30,551 nt of DNA from Bdellovibrionales bacterium (GCA_965261545.1 CBDHDF010000003.1:1-30551), one strand, 5' to 3'; counted from the first letter of the stretch, positions 1-10,093 are shown. Notes: generated by a model from the sequence alone, not told the origin. Numbers and translations: made by a program.

Positions 1-2
1 AT

Positions 3-326
3 ATCATAGAAAATGCGATCAAATATTCCAAAGGTGGTGAGCATATCAATATTCAAACCACAGTAGAAAGCCACTGTGTAAATATTGAAATTGTCGATGA
101 AGGCATGGGTATGAATGAAGTGGATCAAAAGAGAGCCTTTGATAAATTTTATAGGTCTCCCCAGTATGTTGGGCATACAAAAGGGAGTGGACTAGGCTTA
201 TATCTAGCTAAATACTTTGTTGAATTGCATGGTGGAAGAATTTTTCTAGAAAGTCGAGAGGGGCATGGAACGAGGGTCCATATACATTTGCCCAATCAGC
301 CGAATGCGCCACTCGACCCTTCGTGA
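3..326 (+). CDS. Sensor histidine kinase, C-terminal HATPase_c domain (5'-partial, runs in from the window edge)
   Basis: Frame from nt 3 reads IIENAIKYS (N box) ... IVDEGMGM (G1) ... AFDKFYR (F) ... GSGLGLYLAKYFVELHGG (G2) ... GTRVHIHLP. Confidence 0.92.
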   Translation: MIENAIKYSKGGEHINIQTTVESHCVNIEIVDEGMGMNEVDQKRAFDKFYRSPQYVGHTKGSGLGLYLAKYFVELHGGRIFLESREGHGTRVHIHLPNQPNAPLDPS

Positions 327-433
327 GTACCACTTTTATAGAATTCCATAAAGAACCTCCCAAGGAGATTATTATTGACTTTGATGCGACAGATGATCCT
401 CTTCATGAAGATCAAGGGGCCGTTTTTTTCATG
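320..433 (+). pseudogene. IS1380-family transposase fragment
   Basis: Reads FVSTTFIEFHKEPPKEIIIDFDATDDPLHEDQ, then GRFFH after a 1-nt shift. This matches the IS1380 motif 'PxEIxLDxDATDDPLHGxQEGRFFH'. Not in the ORF track. Confidence 0.7.
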
Positions 434-444
434 TAGTTGTTGGG

Positions 445-972
445 GAGGGTTGACACCCTCGCCTTTAGGCGAAAACTTTAGTATCTTGCTGGCATGGACT
501 ATCGTAAAAGCTCGCACATCCTATATGACTTGAAGTATCGGTTCAAGGTACTGCGTGGCGTAGTGTGAGCGAACTAGGGATATAATTCGTGAGATATGCA
601 GTGCTAACAGTATAAAAATTGAGAGTGGGAGCATGAGACCTGAGCATGTACATTTGTTGCTGTCGATCCCTCCAACACTGTCTGTGTCTAAGGCAGTACA
701 ATATAAAAGGAAAAACGAGCCGGAAGCTGCAGCAAGAGTTTACACATTTAAGAAAGCGTTATTGGGGTCAACATTTTTGGGCAAGTGGGTACTTTGTAGT
801 CGCTGTGGGTAATGTAAATGAAGAAGATATAAAGAAGTATGTAAAAGAACAAGAAGAGCATCACAAAAAAGATGACTTTAAAATAAGTGAGTACTGATAC
901 TAAGACGCTCACGCCTATAATCTGCTTTGCAAGCGTTGTCCCAAACTATTGACTTTAGCCGATAGTGGTTGA
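445..972 (+). mobile_element. Degenerate IS200/IS605-family element (tnpA only)
   Basis: Subterminal hairpins at the left (gagggt-tgac-accctc 445-460; tcgcc-ttta-ggcga 459-472) and right (actattgac-ttta-gccgatagt ~945-966) flank a broken Y1 transposase. Exact ends uncertain. Confidence 0.75.
494..897 (+). pseudogene. tnpA: IS200-type Y1 (HUH) transposase TnpA, frameshifted and internally deleted
   Basis: Pieces read MDYRKSSHILYDLKY..., ...RPEHVHLLLSIPPTLSVSKAVQY (HUH motif), KGKTSRKLQQEF..LRKRYWGQHFWASGYFVVAVG...IKKYVKEQ (catalytic Y) across several frames. Confidence 0.88.
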
Positions 973-1216
973 TTGTCAACTAACAGCGTCCAAAAATGGG
1001 CAACATTTATTTGGAGGAGAGTAAAAACGATTTCAATGAAGGTTTTTATATAGAAAATGGAGCTTCAAACCCATAAGACGACCTAAGTATGGCTTGTCTA
1101 TGGCGTGTCATTGAGGGCTTTCCGGAAAAAAAGAAGAACATCTGAGCCTGTAAACTATTTTGTGTAACTGCCGAATCATATTAGGATGAACTATCATCCT
1201 GAAAGGAGAAGGCAGA

Positions 1217-2419
1217 ATGGATATCAAGACAATAGGCAAGGAACTAGCGAAGAACGTCAAGACCCAAAAGGATTTATCCGACATAACGGGTCAACTGATG
1301 AAGGTTGTTTTAGAGACGGCCCTTAATGCGGAAATGGACGATCACCTAGGTTATGAGAGGCATGAGAAGTCTGAGACCCGCAAATCCAACACTCGCAATG
1401 GTTACAGTAGAAAGACCATAAAGGGAGAGAAAGGCGAGGTGGAGCTTCAGGTCCCCCGTGACCGAAGTGCCTCCTTTGAACCTCAAGTCATTCCCAAGGG
1501 TAAGACTCGTCTTGAGGGCTTTGAAGACAGTATCCTGACCCTCTATGCGAGGGGAATGACGACCAGGGATATTCAAGGAGCTATCAAAGACCTCTACCAT
1601 GGTGCAGAGATATCCCACTCAGTGATAGCCAACGTGACGGATGCTGTTATTGATGAAGTTACGGCTTGGCAGAACCGCCCCTTGGATAGCACTTACCCTA
1701 TCGTATTTTTGGACTGTATCGTGGTGAAGGTCCATCAAGACAAGAGAGTTATTAATAAGGCGATTTACCTAGCTCTTGGTATTACAGAGGAGGGTCAGAA
1801 AGACTTGTTGGGCCTATGGATTTCTGAAAATGAGGGTTCAAAGTTTTGGTTGAGTGTTTTGACTGAGCTGCAAAATCGAGGGTTGAAAGACGTATTTATA
1901 TTTTCTGTAGATGGTCTTACAGGTTTTCCTCAAGCCATTTCAGCGGCTTTTCCCAAGTCTAAAGTGCAACTGTGCATTGTCCATATGGTCCGCAATTCCC
2001 TTCGCTATGTTCCTTCCAAGAATATGAAAGCTGTCGCCCAAGACCTCAAGTCCATTTATGGCTCTACGACTCTGACAGAAGCTGAAAAGGCCCTTGAGGA
2101 ATTTTGTACCAAGTGGTCTTCAAAGTATCCGAATATTGAAAAGTCTTGGCGTAGGAATTGGGACAATCTCATCACTATTTTCGATTATCCGGATGAAATC
2201 AGAAAGATTTTTTATACCACAAACGCCATAGAGTCGTTAAATAGCGTGATCCGCAAGGCGATCAGAAATCGTAAGATATTTCCCAGTGATCGGTCGGCTT
2301 TAAAAGTTGTATATTTAGCGATAAAAATGGCCTCTAAGCGATGGACACGACCATTACACAACTGGAAGCCAGCCATGAACAGGTTTGCCATTGAATACGG
2401 TGACCGTTTTGACAACTAA
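1217..2419 (+). CDS. IS256-family (Mutator-like DDE) transposase, 400 aa
   Basis: Motifs RNGY, VPRDR, YARGMTTRDI, VFLDC, DGLTGF, QLCIVHMVRN, YTTNAIESLN. RBS aaggag upstream. Confidence 0.97.
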   Translation: MDIKTIGKELAKNVKTQKDLSDITGQLMKVVLETALNAEMDDHLGYERHEKSETRKSNTRNGYSRKTIKGEKGEVELQVPRDRSASFEPQVIPKGKTRLEGFEDSILTLYARGMTTRDIQGAIKDLYHGAEISHSVIANVTDAVIDEVTAWQNRPLDSTYPIVFLDCIVVKVHQDKRVINKAIYLALGITEEGQKDLLGLWISENEGSKFWLSVLTELQNRGLKDVFIFSVDGLTGFPQAISAAFPKSKVQLCIVHMVRNSLRYVPSKNMKAVAQDLKSIYGSTTLTEAEKALEEFCTKWSSKYPNIEKSWRRNWDNLITIFDYPDEIRKIFYTTNAIESLNSVIRKAIRNRKIFPSDRSALKVVYLAIKMASKRWTRPLHNWKPAMNRFAIEYGDRFDN

Positions 2420-2510
2420 GTTTTTTAATAAGCACCACCTGCCTTATAAGGGGGCTTAAAAGCCCCTCTAAGGCGTTGACAGAAGTACTGGAATACCGAG
2501 ACTATGGTTA

Positions 2511-2702
2511 GGGTAATATAGTATGGGAACCTAAATACATGCCCTCTTGGTGCAGATTTGGGTTTCCATTTTTTTTCATATTTCATCCCAATGCTGGTAT
2601 TTCTCGAATATCCTAAGTTAAAAAAAATAAAAAAAGGGGGTAATATAGTATGGGAACCTAAACACATGAACCCTTTGATGAGATTGGAATTTCCATTTTT
2701 TT
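2511..2702 (+). repeat. Two direct repeats (127-bp spacing) in the IS256 3' non-coding region, each a hairpin followed by a T-tract
   Basis: Identical 25-mer gggtaatatagtatgggaacctaaa at 2511 and 2638. Unit 1 stem atgggaacctaaat/atttgggtttccat is followed by a T run. Unit 2 has a weaker stem ending tttccat, then a T run. The same pair occurs in copy 2 at 13359 and 13487. Confidence 0.85.
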
Positions 2703-3062
2703 GAGAGAGCCATTGCTGATTTTTTTTCAACCAAGATGATAATTATTTATTTGAGTTCTTTCTAGTTCTGATATGATCCCATTACGGCTCCATAATACAA
2801 TCAAAAGTCCAGAGTAACTAAAGAGGCCAATTATATAGACCAGCGAAGATGTCCACCTCCCCATTAACTTATAATGCATTGTGACTGACAAAATCGCTTG
2901 AAGGAAAAAATGTCAATTATACATTGACGAATAATATGGGACTGTGCTTTTTACCAGGAGTGGAGCCACATAAGTGGCTTTAAGATTTAAGAAAAAAATT
3001 GCAGTTACACAATTATTTTTACAGTCCCGAACATCTCTTTCTGGAAATGGGATCCACTATAC

Positions 3063-5606
3063 TTATCCGCCCCTCCGTGGCTTATTGTCTATAAATGGTT
3101 TCATAAAAGTATCTTTAATCATTTCTGGCTTCAGTTTAGCTTTTTTGAGTGCACTCTCACACTGTTGTTCGGAAAACTTATTCAAATCCAAATGTATAAA
3201 TTCATTCAACATACCGGTTAGTGCAGTTGTTATATTTTGGATATTTTGCAATGTACAAGCAAGGGTACCAGTTGCTGTCACTTTCGAGTCGACTACAGAT
3301 TTTGGTAAGACAGAAACTCTCACTACTTCTCGATTAGGGTACTTATCTTTGTACCAATGCTCAGACTGAAGTAATTGAGCATGGTCTTTTTTGTGGAGCG
3401 GAGTGTCTTCCTGCTTTCGGTTTTTAGCTTCAATGATAAAGTCAAAATTTTCACCTGTTTCCCAAAGCACATCCGGGGCGTCTGAATCATTCTTCCCTGG
3501 ACGTGAAGCCGTAAAGCCGAGGTACTTTCCTAGCTTGCACAGAGCTTCCTCATAATGATTAGACGAGGCACTTGGCATAAGATTGCTCGTATCATTTTGA
3601 AATGCATGGATGAGTGCTTCTTTTGTTTTATGATCTTGGAAGAGCTTAAAAATATTGCGAGATTGTGTACTTGGAATATCTGGTATTTTCGAGTAATGCC
3701 GTTCTTTCGCTGGACTATAGATAGTATTTAAGTAAAAAGCTTTTCCCTGCAACTCATCCCCTTTCTTTAAATCTTTCCTCTGGTAAGCAACTCGGGCGGC
3801 TGCAGCTGCAAGCCAAGCTTGATACTGCTTATTGGACTGTAAATCCTGACTGTTCTTTACCTGTTCTAATGTTTTTAGTGCTTTATTGTAGTCCCCATTA
3901 CTCTGTTGCTTGAATGCTTTGCGTTCCTCTAAAGCTACTCGAAGAGCCACACCTGAAGTAGGAGTAACATTATTTGTGGCTTCAGCAAGCTCTGAGGCAT
4001 GATATTTAACCCATTCTGAATTGCGATTTAGGCATTGCCAAATAGTGTCGTCTAAACTCTGTGGTGTCTCCACTTTTTGGCTGATACTTCGACCCATTTC
4101 AAGTTGAGCACGTGTGCTGGTGGTCAAAAAGTTTAGATTCTGTTCTCTCCCTAACCAACCAACTAGTTTAGAGCCAACTAAGATTATCACACAGTAGTCT
4201 CCGCTACCTCGTGATCCCCGCCCAAGACCCTGCTCGAGGCGTGAGGCGAGAAGCGAACTGACAGCGGAATCGGCCAAGGCATTCATTCGAAAAATATCGT
4301 AGTTTGTTGTTCCTTGTGGTAAATCATCTATCACAAGAAAACGACAAGACGAATTAGACAAATCAATTCCATCGTAGCGATTAGCAAGTACTAGGGGGCC
4401 ATAGCTATCTTTCTCTTGCATCTTAGCCACTTCCTTGGAGACCTCTTCGGTGTTTCTTGGATACTTAGCAATATCAGTCCAATTCCCTGCCTTAGTGTTT
4501 GATGGCGATAGAATCACCACACCACATTTATGTGTGGCAAGATGTGTCGCAAGGTCTTTGATATGTTGCTCTATATTCATTTCCTTTTTAGCTTTTGTAA
4601 GACCAGGAACTAAAATCATGCGCTCGCCAATACCAGTAAGTGACTTAGAGGTAATTGGTGTTTCAACAGCCTTCTTTGATGCCCCGAAAGTTCGTACGAT
4701 TTCACTATTGTCAGCAATTGTAGCTGACATGTATATGCGTCGCTCACAATTTTCAAACGTCAGGAGTTGATCAACAAGTGGAAAAATTGGTGTGATACTC
4801 ACTTCGAACTTGCTGAAAAAACAGTGGCAAACCCCAAGTTTATCACGTAAGAATGGCCACACAAAAGTATGTGGAGGCTGCTTAGAAATACTGGATGCAA
4901 AACTTTGCTGAATTACGGGATACTCCTGATTCCACGCCCAGCTAGGAACTTCAATAACACTATTATCACGTCCATCTATAATATCATTAAAAGCTCCTTC
5001 ACGTTGGATTTCTTTAAAAGCAGGTCTAAAATAACCTGCAAGTTCATTATAGATATCATTGTGTTCTTTTCTTTTAATATTCAGAGTGAATGCTTGGCGG
5101 ACAGATGATAAGGCAACATGTGCATCGTCAAGAATAATGGCACTGACATGTGTAATCTCCCTATTTCCCCCCAGCACACCAAACTTACTATGGCCGTTAA
5201 ACAGAGTCTCGTAGGCTCCAACTAAAACGCTTTTGCCATTGTAAAACTCACTTGGCAACGATTCTTTCTTCTTATAACAAACTGTAGATATTCCATACTC
5301 CTTCCCTTTCTTTACAACTTGCTCAACTAACTGGTTGTTTGGTGCAAGGTAGAGTACTGGTCCTTTTATTTCATTCATTACCGACTGAGCTATTAGTAGC
5401 GCAACGAGCGTCTTACCACCACCTGTATGTAATTTTATTACTACATCCTTTTCATTTCTACGTAGAAACCAACCCTCAAGGACTTCAGCTTGGCTAACAT
5501 ACAGATCATTAATGCCAGAGGGTGTAGGCAGTGCACGAAAAATATCACGTGGGCAATGCAGCTTTGGGCTTTCTTTTGCATCTCGTAGTTTTTTAAAGTC
5601 TACCAT
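3063..5606 (-). CDS. hna: SF2 (DEAD/DEAH-like) helicase fused to a C-terminal PD-(D/E)XK nuclease; Hna-like anti-phage protein, 847 aa
   Basis: Q motif (SQAEVL), Walker A LHTGGGKT, Walker B ILDDAH, motif III YMSAT, NRYDGIDL, motif VI QGLGRGSRG, and C-terminal APDVLW...IIEAKN. The Hna label rests on domain architecture recalled from the literature, not on a search. Confidence 0.75.
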   Translation of the reverse strand: MVDFKKLRDAKESPKLHCPRDIFRALPTPSGINDLYVSQAEVLEGWFLRRNEKDVVIKLHTGGGKTLVALLIAQSVMNEIKGPVLYLAPNNQLVEQVVKKGKEYGISTVCYKKKESLPSEFYNGKSVLVGAYETLFNGHSKFGVLGGNREITHVSAIILDDAHVALSSVRQAFTLNIKRKEHNDIYNELAGYFRPAFKEIQREGAFNDIIDGRDNSVIEVPSWAWNQEYPVIQQSFASSISKQPPHTFVWPFLRDKLGVCHCFFSKFEVSITPIFPLVDQLLTFENCERRIYMSATIADNSEIVRTFGASKKAVETPITSKSLTGIGERMILVPGLTKAKKEMNIEQHIKDLATHLATHKCGVVILSPSNTKAGNWTDIAKYPRNTEEVSKEVAKMQEKDSYGPLVLANRYDGIDLSNSSCRFLVIDDLPQGTTNYDIFRMNALADSAVSSLLASRLEQGLGRGSRGSGDYCVIILVGSKLVGWLGREQNLNFLTTSTRAQLEMGRSISQKVETPQSLDDTIWQCLNRNSEWVKYHASELAEATNNVTPTSGVALRVALEERKAFKQQSNGDYNKALKTLEQVKNSQDLQSNKQYQAWLAAAAARVAYQRKDLKKGDELQGKAFYLNTIYSPAKERHYSKIPDIPSTQSRNIFKLFQDHKTKEALIHAFQNDTSNLMPSASSNHYEEALCKLGKYLGFTASRPGKNDSDAPDVLWETGENFDFIIEAKNRKQEDTPLHKKDHAQLLQSEHWYKDKYPNREVVRVSVLPKSVVDSKVTATGTLACTLQNIQNITTALTGMLNEFIHLDLNKFSEQQCESALKKAKLKPEMIKDTFMKPFIDNKPRRGG

Positions 5607-5945
5607 GATTCTTATTCGCCTTCTATTTTCTCAAAAGCTCCAATAGGTCAGTCATCTATATATCCTATTCGGGAACTTCTACTTTGGTTAATAATACCTC
5701 TAATAAATTCCCAACGGAAGGGTCACCCGGCCATATTTATATTTGTGGGGCTTAGGCCATTTAGGCGATTTGACAAGGAGGGTAACTCCTATCACTAATT
5801 TTTTATCTTGACAAGTCGATTTGAAGCTTTTTTCAGTCTTCAATAATACGATTTGAAGTAATGAGAGCGTTTTTTTCTCACTGAGTATCGGTCCAGAATG
5901 ATTTCCTGGAAGTCATCGTAAGCCTCTGGTAGCAATGCCGTTTCC

Positions 5946-6661
5946 TTAAGCCACCACACCCCTCTGCCTCTGCGTTAAGCTATTTCTTTTAAAAGAACTC
6001 CCAGCCCTTTTGATAGACCTTTCATAGCTTCTTTTGAAGTGCCTCCTCTTCTCCATTGAAATCTTCATCAGCAACTTTATCTGCTTCCTAAATTTCTGAT
6101 AGAGCCCCGCAACAAAAAGAGGGATGCTATCCATTATGAAATCAAGAATCAGTTTAAAGTTAGGTTTTTTGTAGTCATTTTTCACCAACTGATTCACACT
6201 GTCTTCATCCTCATTTATGCTCATTTGAATCTTTGTATAATTGAAGAGCCAAAAATAAGAATACAGCTCTTGCAATATTCCATTAAGGCTTGTTGAGTGC
6301 CACTGCTCCATTTTCATTGTCGATGTAAAATCACGAAATGTCGTTTCTATTTCCCAACGACGAGAGTAAAGAGCAACCATATCCTTCTTGTCCAAGGAGC
6401 CATGCGGAAGATTAGTGGCCAAAACAGAGAACTCCCCAGTCTTTGGGTTTTTATACTTATAGAGATGAATGACCACCCCCTCAATAACCATTCGTGAATA
6501 CCAACCTGGGCCATTAAATAAATTTACAATGGGGATAAAAGTAGAGCCTCGCTTACAACGCGCAATAAAGAAGTTACTGGCTTGAGCATGGGCCTTAATA
6601 ATCTCTGTAGATAAATAAAGCCTATCGTAGAGAGTTATGCTATTACTCTCAAAACTACCTA
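5946..6661 (-). pseudogene. IS4-family transposase, C-terminal part
   Basis: ...GSFESNSITLYDRLY (second Asp)...VLATNL...LYSRRWEIETTFRDF (YREK-type signature). Joins in frame to the N-terminal part at 11269-11858 once the insert is removed. Confidence 0.88.
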
Positions 6662-7212
6662 GTTCCTGTCCAGGGAAGAAAGTTAAGTAGTTTTAAGTAT
6701 TTACATGCCTTCCCTTTAGATTTTATGCTTTAAAATGGAGTCCATCAAACATAATCCGTGTAAATTCAGTTACTTACATAAAACGGAAAAATAAAATAAG
6801 TTCCCCCCCCCCCTCTCTCTTGACGAACCTTTCACAGCCCCTCCCTTTCAGTGACTTATGTGGCTATCAACTGGTTACTTGATATGAGAGGAAGAGTTGG
6901 ATCAACCTGTGTTTCCACCGTGGTGATTTCAAACCTCCTTCAGGGAAATAACATTACGTTGCGCATCAACTTCAAAAAATACTTGACGTGTTTTTTCAGA
7001 GAAATAATTTTTGATATTTTATTCTTCATTTATTTTTTATGTAGGTTTTAGGAGGCGTGGGAACCTCTCTATGAGGTAGAATTCTTATCCATGTTCTCCG
7101 AGAACCTCTCTGATTTTTTTCTTCTTAAAAGACATCCTTGCTCACTTTTTTCCCTCAAAAAAACGTATGTTAATATAAAAATTAAAGAGAAACTTTCACC
7201 AAAGGGGGGACT

Positions 7213-7661
7213 ATGCGCCATTTGAAGAAGACACAGTTGGGACTCTTTTCCCAATATCCTAACCACCAACTCAGTACAGAATTGCAGCAAATTAATAACA
7301 TCATTGATCGCCATCCAGAGTTTGCCCATATGGTTCATGAAGACCTTGTTAAAGAAAAGAAAGATTCTGGTGATATTGGTATGACATCGGAGCAAGTTCT
7401 CAAGGTGGCTATTCTTAAATCCATAAGAGGTCTTTCCTATCGTGCGTTAGCCTTTAATCTTGTCGATTCAGTATCCACCAGAGCTTTTCTGGGCCTTGAA
7501 TTGGAAGAAAATTACGCTCACTCCACCTTACAGGACTTGATTGTTCAAATAAGTGAAGAAACTTGGGGAATTATTAGCGCCTCTTTAGTTTCAGATGCAA
7601 GAGATCAAAAGATTGAGCCGTGTAAGAAAATGAGATTGGACAGTACAGTGACGAAATCAAA
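7213..7661 (+). pseudogene. ISNCY-type transposase, N-terminal part (split by the serine recombinase element)
   Basis: MRHLKKTQLGLF...GMTSEQVLKVAILKSIRGLSYRALAFNLVDS...MRLDSTVTKS, ending at the first catalytic Asp motif. G-rich RBS upstream. Confidence 0.85.
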
Positions 7662-7950
7662 CGAGTCCATTACTTAATACCCCCGTCAACGACAGAGGTT
7701 TTAGAGAGCTAAGGGTCACGGACCCCTCCCATCCCCTTTATAGGAAGTCATTCAAGGTGATTTCCATACCTAAAAATCAGAAAAAATCTACTTTTGCTTT
7801 TGTTCAATACAAGAACCACATGACGCTACGCATACCATTGGCTTCTACCAATCTGAACCCCAATCTCTACGATAGGCAGGCCCCAAGCAAACTTGGTATA
7901 GTTGCAATTCAGGAGCTAATTTCACTGACTCAACAACTGGAAGAGCAACT

Positions 7951-8187
7951 ATGTCAATTACACCAAAAGATGTCTGGCCAAGACTGCCAAAAGAAATTCA
8001 AAAGCAAGTCATCAAAGACTTAACTTTAGCCATTGAGGAGATTATATATGAAAACATCGGAATTGATTACACCTATTCACTTAAAGAGAAAAGCCATAAT
8101 ATACATCAGACAGTCGACCCCTCAGCAAGCCATCAAAAACAAAGAAAGTCTCGACCTTCAATACTCACTCAGGCAAAGAGCTACTGA
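7951..8187 (+). CDS. Small hypothetical ORF overlapping the recombinase start (possible accessory or directionality factor)
   Basis: MSITPKDVWPRLPKEIQKQVIKDLTLAIEEII..., a short helical ORF directly upstream of and overlapping the LSR. Function is a guess. Confidence 0.35.
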   Translation: MSITPKDVWPRLPKEIQKQVIKDLTLAIEEIIYENIGIDYTYSLKEKSHNIHQTVDPSASHQKQRKSRPSILTQAKSY

Positions 8188-10093
8188 ATTAGGTTGGCAA
8201 GAAGATAGTATTGAAATTGTCGATGATGATTTGGGGATCACAGGAAGTAGTATACAGTTTAGAGAAGGCTTCAAGAATATCCTTGCAGAAGTGACCTTGG
8301 AAAAAATTGGTATTATTCTATCGTACGATGTCACTCGTCTATCTAGAAACTGTACGGACTGGTACCAATTACTTGATCTGTGTGCTTTTAAGAATTGCCT
8401 CATTGCTGATAGAGAGTCTATTTATAACCCTTCTAATGTTAATGGAAGAATGTTACTCGGGTTTAAAGGTCAACTCTCAGAAATGGAATTATTTACGATA
8501 CGCAATAGATTAACAGCAGGTCTTCTCAACAAAGCCAAGCGAGGAGATTTAGCTCTTAAATTACCAGTTGGTTTTATTCGAACAGAACAAGGTAAAGTGC
8601 TAAAAGATCCAAATAAAGATTTACAAGATCGCATAAATTTAGTATTTACTATATTCTTAAAACTGAAATCAGCCGGTAAGGTGTCGCGATTTTTTAACGA
8701 TAACAACCTCTTACTTCCAAGAGTTGATTTTGTAAAAAGTATTCATTGGAAAAAAACATCCAAGGCAGCCATACTTTCTATTTTGAAGAATCCAGCTTAT
8801 AGCGGAACTTTTGTATATGGCAAAGCTGAATACCGTAGAAAAGACTTAGCTGGAAAACTTAAGCGTACAAAGCTTCCACTTAATGAATGGAAAATTGTTG
8901 TGAAAGATAAATATCCTAAATATATCGATTGGAATACATTCTTAAAGATACAAGAAATTCTAAAAGACAACTACACTGAATATACTCGTAATAAAACAAG
9001 AGGCATACCTCGCCCTGGTAAGGCCCTCTTACATGGGATAGTCTATTGTGGAGAATGTGGCCACAAAATGTCAGTGCAGTATAAAACAGCAACTCGATAC
9101 TTATGCAACTATCTACGCCAACAACATCGGGAACCTACTTGCCAATTCATTCCTACAGATCCAATCGATGATTATGTAGTAAACGCTTTTTTTAAGGTTC
9201 TTTCCCCTGTCGAGCTAGACTTGTATGCCAAGGCTTTAGAAAATAAGTCAAAAATTGACCAAGAGGTTTACAAATCACACATTCAGCAAATTCAGCGTTT
9301 AAGGTATGAAGCTCAACTGGTAGAAAAGAGGTATCGCAAAGTAGACCCTGAGAATAGACTTGTTGCAGATGAATTAGAAACACAATGGGAAGAGGCTTTA
9401 GTAATACTTAAAAAAGCCGAAGATCACCTAGAGAGGGTTAAGAATGAACAGCGTATTCCAACTGTGATCTCTCAAAAAATGAAAAGAGAATTTTCAGATT
9501 TGAATCAAAAACTACCTTCGCTATGGGAGGATAAGATATTGACCAAAGACATGAAAAAGAAAATTCTTAGAACATTGGTTGAAAAGGTTGTCATTCACAG
9601 AAAGAAAAGAGATATGGTTGCACTGAGAATTGTTTGGATTGGAGGAGATACAACAGAAGCTAGCATTCCAATCAAAGTTGGATCTTTTGATGAACTGTCA
9701 TCTTCTGAAACGATAAAGAAAATAATTGCGCATCAGGTCAAGCTTGGGGTGTCTGATGAAGATATTGCCAAACTATTGACCCAAAAAGGATTCAGATCAC
9801 CAATGGATACCACTTTTCTCAGAAATACTGTGAAGTCCTATAGACTAAACAATAAAATCTATCGGAATCGAAAGCACTCTTTTCCGACCAAAGTCGAGGG
9901 AAGCCTCACAACATCTCAAATTGCAGCACTTATTGATGTTAAAGTTCATTGGATTTATCACCATATTAAACAAGGGAGGATCATTGTCAAAAAACACGAG
10001 AAAACAAAGGCTTATCTCTTTCCAGATAAGAAAAAAACCATATCTGACTTTAAAAAACTTAAGTCCGGATCAATTAAAAAGCTACGTTACTAA
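8048..10093 (+). CDS. Large serine recombinase (resolvase + recombinase + Zn-ribbon domains), about 681 aa
   Basis: KAIIYIRQST (catalytic Ser), DVTRLSRN, ILKNPAYSG, LLHGIVYCGECGHKM...YLC...C zinc ribbon, coiled coil VDPENRLVADELETQWE, C-terminal HTH-like tail. RBS gaggag before ATG 8048. Confidence 0.93.
   Translation: MKTSELITPIHLKRKAIIYIRQSTPQQAIKNKESLDLQYSLRQRATELGWQEDSIEIVDDDLGITGSSIQFREGFKNILAEVTLEKIGIILSYDVTRLSRNCTDWYQLLDLCAFKNCLIADRESIYNPSNVNGRMLLGFKGQLSEMELFTIRNRLTAGLLNKAKRGDLALKLPVGFIRTEQGKVLKDPNKDLQDRINLVFTIFLKLKSAGKVSRFFNDNNLLLPRVDFVKSIHWKKTSKAAILSILKNPAYSGTFVYGKAEYRRKDLAGKLKRTKLPLNEWKIVVKDKYPKYIDWNTFLKIQEILKDNYTEYTRNKTRGIPRPGKALLHGIVYCGECGHKMSVQYKTATRYLCNYLRQQHREPTCQFIPTDPIDDYVVNAFFKVLSPVELDLYAKALENKSKIDQEVYKSHIQQIQRLRYEAQLVEKRYRKVDPENRLVADELETQWEEALVILKKAEDHLERVKNEQRIPTVISQKMKREFSDLNQKLPSLWEDKILTKDMKKKILRTLVEKVVIHRKKRDMVALRIVWIGGDTTEASIPIKVGSFDELSSSETIKKIIAHQVKLGVSDEDIAKLLTQKGFRSPMDTTFLRNTVKSYRLNNKIYRNRKHSFPTKVEGSLTTSQIAALIDVKVHWIYHHIKQGRIIVKKHEKTKAYLFPDKKKTISDFKKLKSGSIKKLRY

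Larger units (their letters stand above)
1144..3028 (+). mobile_element. IS256-family element, copy 1 (1885 bp)
   Basis: Imperfect 28-bp TIRs (gagcctgtaaactattttgtgtaactgc / gcagttacacaattatttttacagtccc). 8-bp TSD gaacatct at 1136-1143 and 3029-3036. Near-identical second copy at 11989-13876. Confidence 0.95.

Noticed and set aside
494..972. IS605-type element with TnpB/omega RNA
   Set aside because: The right-end hairpin follows tnpA within about 50 bp. There is no tnpB or room for one.
2425..2730. 101-aa minus-strand ORF as an IS256 passenger gene
   Set aside because: Runs through homopolymers and hairpins, is not preserved in copy 2, and has no recognisable motif.
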